From: Limnothrix sp. BL-A-16
GTDB taxonomy: Bacteria; Cyanobacteriota; Cyanobacteriia; CACIAM-69d
Length of the DNA stretch: 64,000 bases
Assembly: GCA_041937175.2 (NCBI GenBank)
Contig: CP166615.1
Coordinates: 3,776,001-3,840,000 of the forward strand
Direction: 5' to 3'
Of this stretch, positions 1-10,989 are shown piece after piece (the stretch's first letter is position 1; each line of letters starts with the position of its first letter). The position numbers were made by a program, and so were the translations under genes. The notes beneath the pieces are model-generated. The model saw only the letters and a list, made by a program, of their open reading frames with translations. It was not told where the DNA came from and ran no database searches.

Positions 1-1
1 T

Positions 2-514
2 GGTCAAGTGGCCCCCGCTCCCCGAGCAACCCCCAGCACCCAAACTGTCGCGCCTTTGCAAGCCAACGATGTGATTTTTGGGGCCACGGCTCCAACGGCC
101 GGCGCAGTGGCCTTGGAAGTGATGGTGCATATCGGCGGCATTGGCGATCGCACCTTCAGCGATCGGGAATTTGCTGGAACCATCGGCGAATCTCGCGCCA
201 TTGAAGGGATGCAAATTCGCTTTAAGCAACCGATTCCCGGTTTGGGCATCCGCTACATGGGTCACCTGCAAAGCACGGGTGACACCGCTTGGGTGGGCGA
301 AGGGGAATACGTCGGATCCCGCCGTGAAAGTCGCCGTCTAGAAGGATTCACGATCGAGCTGACGGGCCCCGAAGCCGATCGCTATCAACTCTTCTACCAA
401 GGGCACTTCGCCCGCTATGGCAACTCCAATGTGCTGAGCGGTGGCGAGTTCTGCGGTCTGCGGGGCGATGGTTTGCAACTGGAAGCGCTGAAGGTGTGGA
501 TCGATCGCAAATAA
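2..514 (+). CDS. C-terminal part of a protein with three ChW (clostridial hydrophobic W)-like repeats; frame is open to the window edge
   Basis: Three repeats of H-x3-G-D/N...G-x2-G-x-S/G-x2-L/I-E-G/A (HIGGIGD..GTIGESRAIEG; HLQSTGD..GSRRESRRLEG; HFARYGN..GLRGDGLQLEA), preceded by a Pro/Thr-rich linker. Confidence 0.65.
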   Translation, partial: GQVAPAPRATPSTQTVAPLQANDVIFGATAPTAGAVALEVMVHIGGIGDRTFSDREFAGTIGESRAIEGMQIRFKQPIPGLGIRYMGHLQSTGDTAWVGEGEYVGSRRESRRLEGFTIELTGPEADRYQLFYQGHFARYGNSNVLSGGEFCGLRGDGLQLEALKVWIDRK

Positions 515-577
515 CATCCAGACCGGCACGTTGAGACCCAACCATCCCAGCGTCACCGTTCCAGCGACCAACTAGCC

Positions 578-615
578 CGATCGGGGCCGGTCAATTTGGC
601 CCCTGGCCCCGATCG
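578..615. terminator. Stem-loop downstream of the ChW-repeat gene
   Basis: CGATCGGGGCC (578-588) pairs with GGCCCCGATCG (605-615); no clear U-tract. Confidence 0.35.
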
Positions 616-718
616 AGGACGGTGGTTGGCTGGCTGGTTTCATGCCCCCAACTGATCGCCACAGCCCACTAGAATCAGCCCAGCGCAATCAAGGGCGAGC
701 GCCATCAACCAAACTCTA

Positions 719-860
719 GTAGCGCGGCTGCCTTAATTCACTGGGTCAGACTATATGACTGTTACCGTCACCTGATCGTTAGGCAGCAAGGGGCTTAAGC
801 CCCTTGTTACCACGACTAGCCCTGCAACTTTGACCTAATGCATTATGCCTGTCGCGCTAC
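719..860. mobile_element. 142-bp MITE-like element with TA target duplication and central palindrome
   Basis: Imperfect TIRs GTAGCGCGGCTGCCTTAATTCACTGGGTCA / revcomp GTAGCGCGACAGGCATAATGCATTAGGTCA; TA at 717-718 and 861-862; CAAGGGGCTTAAGCCCCTTG at 787-806. Confidence 0.75.
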
Positions 861-939
861 TAGCTAGCCCCGAAGACCACGCTAAGAATACTGCCATGGC
901 TTCCAAGATTTAAGCTGCTTTAAATTGCTGAGACCTGAG

Positions 940-1012
940 TGGAGGTTAGCGGACTCGAACCGCTGACATCCTGCTTGCAAAGCAGGCGCTCTACCAACTG
1001 AGCTAAACCCCC
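940..1012 (-). tRNA. trnA: tRNA-Ala(UGC)
   Basis: GGGGGTTTAGCTCAGTTGGTAGAGCGCCTGCTTTGCAAGCAGGATGTCAGCGGTTCGAGTCCGCTAACCTCCA; cloverleaf, G3:U70 pair, TGC anticodon. Confidence 0.98.
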
Positions 1013-1100
1013 GCGCCGTGGTGCGGCGAAACCAAGTTTAGCAAATTTTCCGAAAGATGCAAGCCCTCTGCACAAAAAAAGTTGCCCCGATGGCGTTGAT

Positions 1101-2003
1101 CTAGGAATTCGCCGCCTCGGCCCGTAATTCTTGGATCAGTTGCTCCAAGCCTGAAACGTCCGTTTGATAGACCGAATTACAGAAATGGCAAGTGGCCTCT
1201 GCGCCGCCGTCCTTGACAATCATGTCCCGCAGTTCATCTTCACCCAACGTCTTCAGGGCCCGCAGCACTCGCTCATTGGTGCAACCACAGTGGAAGCGCA
1301 GCATTTGCACCTCCGGGAAAATTTCCAACCCCATATCCCCCAACAGATCTTGCAGGATCTCCGGCAAAGACTTGCCGCTCCGCAAGAGTGGGGTGAACCC
1401 CTGAAGGGCTTCAATGCGGCTTTCCAACAACGCCAGGGCCGAATCCTCGATCGAGGCCTGCGGCATGACCTGAATCAGCAATCCCCCGGCCGCCGTCACT
1501 CCGTCTGGCTCCACAAACACCCCCAAGGAAAGGGCCGAAGGCGTTTGTTCAGAGTTCGCCAAGTAATGCGTCACATCCTCAGCCACTTCCCCGGAGACAA
1601 TTTCCGTGGTGCTGGAATAGGGATAGCCATAGCCAAAATCACGGACAGCATAGAGGTAGCCTTTCCCGATCGCCCCGCCCACATCGAGCTTGCCCTTGGC
1701 GTTGGGTGGCAACTCCACACTAGGATTACCCACATAGCCCCGAGCCGTGCCATCGCAGCCCGCATCCGCCATCACAACGCCCAGGGGCCCATCCCCCCGA
1801 AAGCGCAAATTAACGCGAGCTTCCGTGCGCTTCATGTTGGCGGCCAGCAACAGGCCGGCCGTCATGGTGCGACCCAATGCAGCGGTGGCTACGTAGGATA
1901 GGTTGTGCCGGACTCGGGCTTCGTCGGTCAAACGGGTGGTGATGGCTCCCACCGCGCGGATACCCCCATCGGCGGCAGTGGCTCGGATTAGACGATCGCC
2001 CAT
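1101..2003 (-). CDS. hslO: Hsp33 redox-regulated chaperone
   Basis: DRLIRATAA N-terminus; CGC...CHFC zinc motif; start taken at ATG 2003. Confidence 0.95.
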   Translation of the reverse strand: MGDRLIRATAADGGIRAVGAITTRLTDEARVRHNLSYVATAALGRTMTAGLLLAANMKRTEARVNLRFRGDGPLGVVMADAGCDGTARGYVGNPSVELPPNAKGKLDVGGAIGKGYLYAVRDFGYGYPYSSTTEIVSGEVAEDVTHYLANSEQTPSALSLGVFVEPDGVTAAGGLLIQVMPQASIEDSALALLESRIEALQGFTPLLRSGKSLPEILQDLLGDMGLEIFPEVQMLRFHCGCTNERVLRALKTLGEDELRDMIVKDGGAEATCHFCNSVYQTDVSGLEQLIQELRAEAANS

Positions 2004-2098
2004 GACAAAACCCTTACATTTCTTAACCTGCGTTATTAATTCATTGTATCCATTGGATCTGTCTAAATTACGGCACAACCTACAGAACCCCAAAGCCT

Positions 2099-2509
2099 AT
2101 GTTCGGCACCTTTCAACAAGCCCAGTTGCGCATTGAACTCGAAGCCTCCGCAACCCGAATTGGCGATAGCATTCTGCGCCCTAGCGAATGGCCCCATTGG
2201 ATTGGCCCCCAGCGGTTTTCGGCAAATTTGCCCGATCATCTGGTCACCGGCACAACCTACACCAGTTGGCTGGGGCCCCTGGAAATTCAGCACCATGTCC
2301 AATGGGCAAATGATCGGGGTCTCTCGCTCATTCTGGCCGGGGCGATCGATGGTCACCACGAATGGCATTGGGGCGATGGGTGGCTGCAATCGCGCGTTGA
2401 GGGGGTCTCGATGTTGCCCTTGCGGTTAGGCCATGTGACCAGTTTGTTGCGCCTGAAGGCCTATCTCAGCCGCCAGAATCCCACCGTGCGATCGGGCATG
2501 GCCGCCTGA
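2099..2509 (+). CDS. Conserved cyanobacterial hypothetical protein (possibly SRPBCC-like)
   Basis: 136-aa ATG-started ORF filling the gap between two genes; resembles cyanobacterial MFGxFQQSxLRIE proteins. Confidence 0.7.
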   Translation: MFGTFQQAQLRIELEASATRIGDSILRPSEWPHWIGPQRFSANLPDHLVTGTTYTSWLGPLEIQHHVQWANDRGLSLILAGAIDGHHEWHWGDGWLQSRVEGVSMLPLRLGHVTSLLRLKAYLSRQNPTVRSGMAA

Positions 2510-2572
2510 GTCTCTGCTTAGTGGCCCCCAAACATCAGTTACACCGATCCCGATCGCCCCTTGAGACGGCTT

Positions 2573-3028
2573 TCAAGTGGGGCCCGTTTGCCGAAGGGAC
2601 TGTTCGGCATAGACCCGAAAGCGCTCCAAATCTGCCTGTAGCGTTGATTCCACAATCCGCCCCAAAAACAGCCGATCCATCAACTGCCCAACGATCCCCG
2701 GAATGTCGTAGGCGATGCTCATGCGCACAATGCTGCTGCCCTTGCGATCGTAAAACCGCACGGCTCCCCGGTTGGGCAACCCGTCGATCGATTCCCACTG
2801 AATGATTTGGTTATCCACCAACCGCACAATTCGCGACTTCCAATCAAACCGGAAATTTCCCGAAGCAAATTGCCAAATGGAAATCTCCGGATCCGCATCG
2901 GAAATATGCACCGAATCAATCCATTTCATCCAGCGGGGCATTTGTTCTAGGTCAGACCAAAGGCTCCACACATGCTCGATCGGAACCGGAACTTCTACTT
3001 GAACGCTGTGTTCGAGCCAGTCGGTCAT
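2573..3028 (-). CDS. SRPBCC / polyketide cyclase-dehydrase family protein
   Basis: WLEHSVQVEV..VWSLWSDLEQMPRWM..IQWESIDGLPNRGAVRF..DLERF. Confidence 0.9.
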   Translation of the reverse strand: MTDWLEHSVQVEVPVPIEHVWSLWSDLEQMPRWMKWIDSVHISDADPEISIWQFASGNFRFDWKSRIVRLVDNQIIQWESIDGLPNRGAVRFYDRKGSSIVRMSIAYDIPGIVGQLMDRLFLGRIVESTLQADLERFRVYAEQSLRQTGPT

Positions 3029-3347
3029 GGGGAATTGGCGGGCTGTTGCGATCGCCCGGTGAAACGCTCAACCGATGCCTACGATAGCACTCTGGCTCTC
3101 GGTCGTGGCGATTAACCTGATGTGACCGTCGCGATCACCGCGCCGATCAGCCACAGGTATTGGGGCGATCGCACCCAGGGCAAACCAGCATCGTCATCCA
3201 AAATGGGGCGTTTGGGATCCGACATAGGCTGGGGAGGAGCAAGAACCGTTGAGCCATCGCTGTGATCAAGCTAATCCCAATGCTATGGGAATGTCACTCA
3301 TCGCAGCCAACAGTAGAATTCTTCAAGAATCTATATGGCTAATGAGT

Positions 3348-4649
3348 TTAGCGAGAAATTAATAGAAGCTCTGAATGATGTAAAGCAGTTGAGGATCTAA
3401 ATAAATCTTCAAAAATTGCTTGAATGACTGGCACAGATACAGAATTTCCTAGTTGATGATAGGTCGCTATATCATCAGTATGTACCTGGAAGTCATCAGG
3501 AAAACCCTGAAGCCTTGCACATTCTCTTGGAGTAATTCGCCTTGGAATTCCGTTTTGTACAACACCCAAACGATGAGAATCACTGGCAGTGAGTGTAATA
3601 GAAATACTATCAGGATCTAGAAACTTAAATACTTCAAACGACATGTTGCCGCATTTGGGATTATACTTATCGTCAATAAATCGTAAATAACCTTTACTCA
3701 CTAAGTCCTGCAAAAGTTTTTCGAGATTTGGCTGATTCCAGAAGGTTTTAATTTGTTCTAGCGTTAGAGCTTTTCCATCTTGATGTGTACCAAAATGCTT
3801 TTTGCGACGATTTTCAATAATGGCATTCATTAAATCTCGCTCTTCAAGGGAGCAATTTCCCTTAAGACCCAAATCCCAGGAATGAATTGAGTTGCCACCT
3901 CGATAATCAATCAAACGAAAACCATGCAGAGTTTCTAAAGGTTTGCCATTGAGAGCAAGACGTAATTGCTCCGTGAATGTTTCTGAGCATTGATATCGTG
4001 GATCAGGGTTGCGTTCTAAAATATCTCGAACACAACAGTATTGCGATTGATTGATAAATAAATCAATTTGAGAAAATGTTTTTTTAAATTGATGAGAATC
4101 TGGAGTTCCCACATTCGATTGCAGGGTTAACTCGGGTTCATGATCCAAAATACCGACAATGTAAACTCTTACTCGATTTTGTGGAACACCAAAGTTAGAG
4201 CTATTCAGGAGTAAAGTCCTGGTACGATAGCCGAGTGATCGCAGTCTTTCAATGACAGTTTTATGAGTTCTGCCAGAATCATGAGTCGTAAATCCTCTGA
4301 CATTTTCTAATAGCAATATTCTGGGTTTGGTTTCTAAGTTTGACAATAGTCGTTCAATTTCAAAAAAGAGTGTACCTCTAGTATCAGCAAAGCCTTTCTG
4401 CTTGCCAGCATAGGAAAAAGATTGGCAAGGAAAACCCGCCAAGAGAACGTCATGGGTCGGTAAGTAATCAGCAGCCCGAATATCCCCATAAGGCTCTTCA
4501 CCAAAATTAAGTTGATAAGTTTGCTTGGCTTTTTCATCAATTTCGCTGGAGAAAACGCAATCTCCTTTCAGTCCTTGTTTTGAAAGAGCTAATTCTAGTC
4601 CTTTCCTCATTCCGCCAATACCGGCAAATAAATCAACAAACTTGATCAT
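3348..4649 (-). CDS. DNA (cytosine-5)-methyltransferase, M.BanI-like
   Basis: Motifs DLFAGIGG, GFPCQ, ENV, QNRVRVY, RECARLQGFP, GNSV; variable region (LIDYRGGNSIHSW, GTHQDGKALTLEQI, GNMSFEVFKFLDP) matches my recollection of M.BanI. Confidence 0.93.
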   Translation of the reverse strand: MIKFVDLFAGIGGMRKGLELALSKQGLKGDCVFSSEIDEKAKQTYQLNFGEEPYGDIRAADYLPTHDVLLAGFPCQSFSYAGKQKGFADTRGTLFFEIERLLSNLETKPRILLLENVRGFTTHDSGRTHKTVIERLRSLGYRTRTLLLNSSNFGVPQNRVRVYIVGILDHEPELTLQSNVGTPDSHQFKKTFSQIDLFINQSQYCCVRDILERNPDPRYQCSETFTEQLRLALNGKPLETLHGFRLIDYRGGNSIHSWDLGLKGNCSLEERDLMNAIIENRRKKHFGTHQDGKALTLEQIKTFWNQPNLEKLLQDLVSKGYLRFIDDKYNPKCGNMSFEVFKFLDPDSISITLTASDSHRLGVVQNGIPRRITPRECARLQGFPDDFQVHTDDIATYHQLGNSVSVPVIQAIFEDLFRSSTALHHSELLLISR

Positions 4650-4684
4650 GCTTGTCCTTTTAAGTAATCTAGATTTCAAATAGC

Positions 4685-5734
4685 CTAAAGATTTCTGATT
4701 AAAAATTCAGCTAGCTTCTGAATGCTCTCTGGTGACATCGTAGAAATGAAATCGCTGTTTTCCAGAAGAATATTAATAGCACTCTTACGAATTTCGATAT
4801 TACCAACCCCGTCAATGACATAACAGATTTTATGATTTTCACTGTGAGCACTTGCCAAAAGAGAAGATGACTCTCGGGCTTTTCTTTCAATAACGCTATT
4901 GGTCGTGACTTGAAAACTGACTTCAATTCCACAATATTGATTTTGAGGAGACCGAACAACAATATCAAAGTTCGTTTCTCGTTGATCTTGAGTATGTGAA
5001 ACCTTCGGTAGAGACGAATCCTTGAGCAGCTCCCAATTTGATGGGAGTAAGTCTTTGAGGTGGTTCAAGACATAATCTTGAGCTAAATGCCCGAGATCAT
5101 TGGAGGTTGCGCCAGCGACTTGACGACTCACTCGAAGATAGTTTTCTTTTGCAAAATTATCTAGCTCTTGGCATTTACCGAGTAAAGATCCGAGGATACA
5201 TTTTTCTTTAATATCGCCTGGCAAGGTGTCGTAAACTGCAGACGAACCGAACAGTAGCAGCATAGCTACATCCTGCATGATTGCTGTTACTTTCTGATCA
5301 GATTTGTCTTTGATGAGAAGACTTTGAGCATCAACACCTAATGCTGAATTACTCAATGAGCATTTTATTTGGATTTTTTTAAACGAATATTCTTGAACTT
5401 GTCCTTGCCATTCAAATTGTAAAATTCCGTCGGAAAAATACCGAGATAAAGGAGGCAGCTTATTTAGTGCTTCCCCTCCTAAATCACTAGCAACCATCAA
5501 ATGTTTTAGAAATAAGGAGCCTGATAGAAGACGGCTCTGTTCGAGTCCGTTAATCCAAGCTTCTGGGTGGCTGTCACAAATTTTCAGCAACGAAATGAAA
5601 GCGTCTTGAGTTTTTAAAAGAATTGGAAGTGTGCTTTTGTGACCCGCTCGTTGAAGCAACTCCGTTGGCCAGTGGAGAATTGCTTCAGCTTGTAGGTCTG
5701 CTAGGGTTCTTTGCTTCGAGAACATTGCTCCCAT
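4685..5734 (-). CDS. Type II restriction endonuclease, BanI/HgiCI-like
   Basis: Directly upstream of the C5-MTase; QDAFISLL, LFLKHL..DLGGE and FD..IEVSFQVTTNSVIERK segments as in BanI-family enzymes; AT-rich. Confidence 0.8.
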   Translation of the reverse strand: MGAMFSKQRTLADLQAEAILHWPTELLQRAGHKSTLPILLKTQDAFISLLKICDSHPEAWINGLEQSRLLSGSLFLKHLMVASDLGGEALNKLPPLSRYFSDGILQFEWQGQVQEYSFKKIQIKCSLSNSALGVDAQSLLIKDKSDQKVTAIMQDVAMLLLFGSSAVYDTLPGDIKEKCILGSLLGKCQELDNFAKENYLRVSRQVAGATSNDLGHLAQDYVLNHLKDLLPSNWELLKDSSLPKVSHTQDQRETNFDIVVRSPQNQYCGIEVSFQVTTNSVIERKARESSSLLASAHSENHKICYVIDGVGNIEIRKSAINILLENSDFISTMSPESIQKLAEFLIRNL

Positions 5735-5814
5735 CAAGAGTTGCTAACTTAGACCCTGCAACGACACGAGGAGAAGGGCAAAACCTGATCGCCTCATGCC
5801 GTTGCTGGCTAATC

Positions 5815-8302
<2,488 letters not shown>

Positions 8303-8816
8303 GGTGCAGAGAGGGGCAAGAGGGCAAGATTACGCGGTTGAACCGGGCTGGCTCGTGGTGGCGGGGCAATCACCAAAGGTGATCATGGGCGAATCGCAGT
8401 GAACAGACCCAATGAACAGACCAAGCAGCTCCCATGAATCAAATCGATGGACAGATCCCGGGGATTTGTCATTAACCAAGTCAACAGCCCGAAAATGGGC
8501 TAGCAACAGGCTCACAGCGGCTCCTTAACCCCAAATCAGTGCCGATGTTTTGAGCTAGGGGATGGGAAACTGTGAATAAATGTTTACAACCTTAAAACTA
8601 ATTTAAAGGATTCTGTATGGCCTGGCGCGATCGCGCGGGTACGGGAATTGCGACAAGGGCAGGAGCGATAGGGGGCAAGACCCCTCAGGGAGGTGTTAAA
8701 GTGCTGGAATCCAAAGGCTGGTATCTCTCCCTGAGCCACAATCGCGCGGGTTGGTGGGCAATCCGGCCGGGTTTGATTCCCCCCAAACAAGTCCCAGACA
8801 TGCTTCATCAGTCTCG

Positions 8817-8882
8817 GTTGGGCCATGGTTGGGCTTTGATTGGGCCATGATTGGGTTTTGCTTGGGCTTTGATTGGGCATAG
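8817..8882. repeat. Six degenerate 11-bp tandem repeats (NTTGGGCYWTG)
   Basis: gttgggccatg gttgggctttg attgggccatg attgggttttg cttgggctttg attgggcatag. Confidence 0.85.
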
Positions 8883-8902
8883 ATCTAGCGTTAGTCGTTT
8901 TT

Positions 8903-8944
8903 GATTTACGTCTTCATGTCGATTTACGTCGATTCACGTCGATC
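8903..8944. repeat. 10-bp tandem repeats GATTYACGTC
   Basis: Copies at 8903, 8921 and 8931, plus one partial unit. Confidence 0.7.
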
Positions 8945-9030
8945 GGCATCCCGATCAAGCCCCAACTGGGCGGGTATGGTGATTCACGATGCATCCTCTG
9001 GTCGGGCTGGGCCAAGAACACAGAACACCC

Positions 9031-10728
9031 ATGGGTCAGGTTTCTTTTGATCGTCTCTACCGCTATGCGGAGCTGTCGGAGATTTTGCAGAGCTACGCGG
9101 CCGCATTTCCGCACCTTGTCCAGTTGGCATCCATTGGCCGCAGCTACGAGGGCCGGGATATTTGGTTATTAACCATCACCAATCGTGACACCGGGCCCGA
9201 TCGCCACAAGCCGGCCCTCTGGGTGGATGGCAATATCCACGCCACAGAGCTGGCCCCTTCCACGGCCTGCCTCTATCTCCTCGACTTTTTGACAAGGCAC
9301 TATGGCCGCGATCCGGACGTTACCCGCTGTCTGGATTCGCGGACATTTTATATTTGCCCGCGTGTGAACCCCGATGGGGCTGAGCTGGCCCTGGCCGATC
9401 GCCCCAAATTTGTGCGATCGAGCACCCGACCCTACCCGGGCGATCGGTTGGCGGGCGGCCCCAGCGAACTGCAAATGGAAGATATCGATGGGGACGGGCG
9501 GATTCTTTGGATGCGGGTGCCGGATCCAAACGGGGCCTGGAAGGTGTCCGATCGCGATCCCCGGTTGTTGGTGCGGCGCGACCCGATCGAAACGGGCGGC
9601 ACTTACTATCGACTGCTGCCGGAAGGCCGGATCGATCGCTACGACGGCGCAACGATCGCCACGCCGCCGCCCACCGAAGGGTTGGATCTGAATCGCAATT
9701 TCCCGATGCAGTGGCGACCGGAGCCAGAGCAAACCGGCGCGGGCAACTATCCCACCTCGGAGCCGGAAACCCGGGCGATCGCCGATTTCATTGCCCAGCA
9801 TCCCAACCTAAACGCCGCCGTGGCCTTTCACACCTTTGGCGGTCTGTTATTGCGCCCCTACAGCCATGCCACCGATATGGAACTGCCCCAGGCGGATTGG
9901 CTGAATTACCGGGCGATCGGGCAAAAGGGCACGGAACTGACCGACTATCCCGCCACCAGTGTGTTTGAGGGCTACTGCGACCATCCGAAGAACGTGATGA
10001 CCGGAGCCTTTGACGATTGGTGCTACGAGGAGCGCGGGCTGTTTGCCTGGACGGTGGAGTTGTGGAATTTGCCCCAGGCGGCGGGGGTGAAAACGCCCAA
10101 GCTGCTGGAGTGGCTGGACGACCACCCGATCGAGGAAGATTTGGCGCTGCTGAAGTGGAATGACGAAGTGCTCGATGGGCGCGGCTATGTGGATTGGTAC
10201 GCCTGGGAACATCCGCAATTGGGCAAGGTGGAGCTGGGCGGCTGGAACCAAATTTGCACTTGGCGCAACCCACCGGCTCACCTGTTGGAGCGAGAAATCG
10301 AACGGTTTCCCCGCTGGCTGCTGTGGCAATTGCTGATTTCGCCGTGCCTAGAAGTCGTGAAGGCGACGGCGCAACCCTTGGGCGATCGGCTGTTCCAAAT
10401 TGAATGGGTGGTGCAAAACACGGGCTGGCTGCCGACCAATGGGACGCAAAAGGCGATCGAAAAGGGGGCGGTGCAACCCTGTCGGGCGGCGATCGCCCTG
10501 CCGTCGGGGGCGGAGTTGGTGAGCGGCCAACTGGAAGTGAGCTTGGGTCATCTGGCGGGGCGATCGCACCAACCGACTACGCCCTATTACGACCACATGG
10601 ATCCGACGGACGATCGGGCACGGGTGGTGTGGCTGGTGCGCGGCGAACCGGGGATGGTGGTGGATCTCACAGCTCGGGGCGATCGGGCGGGTTGGGTACA
10701 ACGGGCGATCGTCTTGCCGAGTTCGTAA
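9031..10728 (+). CDS. M14 family zinc metallocarboxypeptidase
   Basis: GNIHATE, NPDG, DLNRNF, SEPET, FHTFGG motifs. Confidence 0.92.
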   Translation: MGQVSFDRLYRYAELSEILQSYAAAFPHLVQLASIGRSYEGRDIWLLTITNRDTGPDRHKPALWVDGNIHATELAPSTACLYLLDFLTRHYGRDPDVTRCLDSRTFYICPRVNPDGAELALADRPKFVRSSTRPYPGDRLAGGPSELQMEDIDGDGRILWMRVPDPNGAWKVSDRDPRLLVRRDPIETGGTYYRLLPEGRIDRYDGATIATPPPTEGLDLNRNFPMQWRPEPEQTGAGNYPTSEPETRAIADFIAQHPNLNAAVAFHTFGGLLLRPYSHATDMELPQADWLNYRAIGQKGTELTDYPATSVFEGYCDHPKNVMTGAFDDWCYEERGLFAWTVELWNLPQAAGVKTPKLLEWLDDHPIEEDLALLKWNDEVLDGRGYVDWYAWEHPQLGKVELGGWNQICTWRNPPAHLLEREIERFPRWLLWQLLISPCLEVVKATAQPLGDRLFQIEWVVQNTGWLPTNGTQKAIEKGAVQPCRAAIALPSGAELVSGQLEVSLGHLAGRSHQPTTPYYDHMDPTDDRARVVWLVRGEPGMVVDLTARGDRAGWVQRAIVLPSS

Positions 10729-10867
10729 ATTTTTACAATCTCAAAAACCACGACAGGCTAACGGCTAGCCGGGTTTATTGAAAGGGCTACAAACACCTAG
10801 ATTGAGAATGTGAGTGAGTGGATGTGGCAATAGGTCGATCAGTAAAAGTATGCTAATTGATTGTGGC

Positions 10868-10893
10868 GATGCCACAACTCTAGTTGTGGCATC
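10868..10893. repeat. Perfect palindrome / REP-like hairpin upstream of the island gene
   Basis: GATGCCACAACT-CT-AGTTGTGGCATC. Confidence 0.6.
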
Positions 10894-10989
10894 AGTCCTG
10901 TAATTAGAGGTGTTATCCTCAGCCTCCGGTCTAATGTATAGTTAGAGCTACCGGTTTTAAGCCACTTGCAAGCATAAAAGACAACAACA

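Noticed and set aside
8817..8944. Possible CRISPR array
   Set aside because: Units are 10-11 bp and contiguous, with no unique spacers; no cas genes in the window
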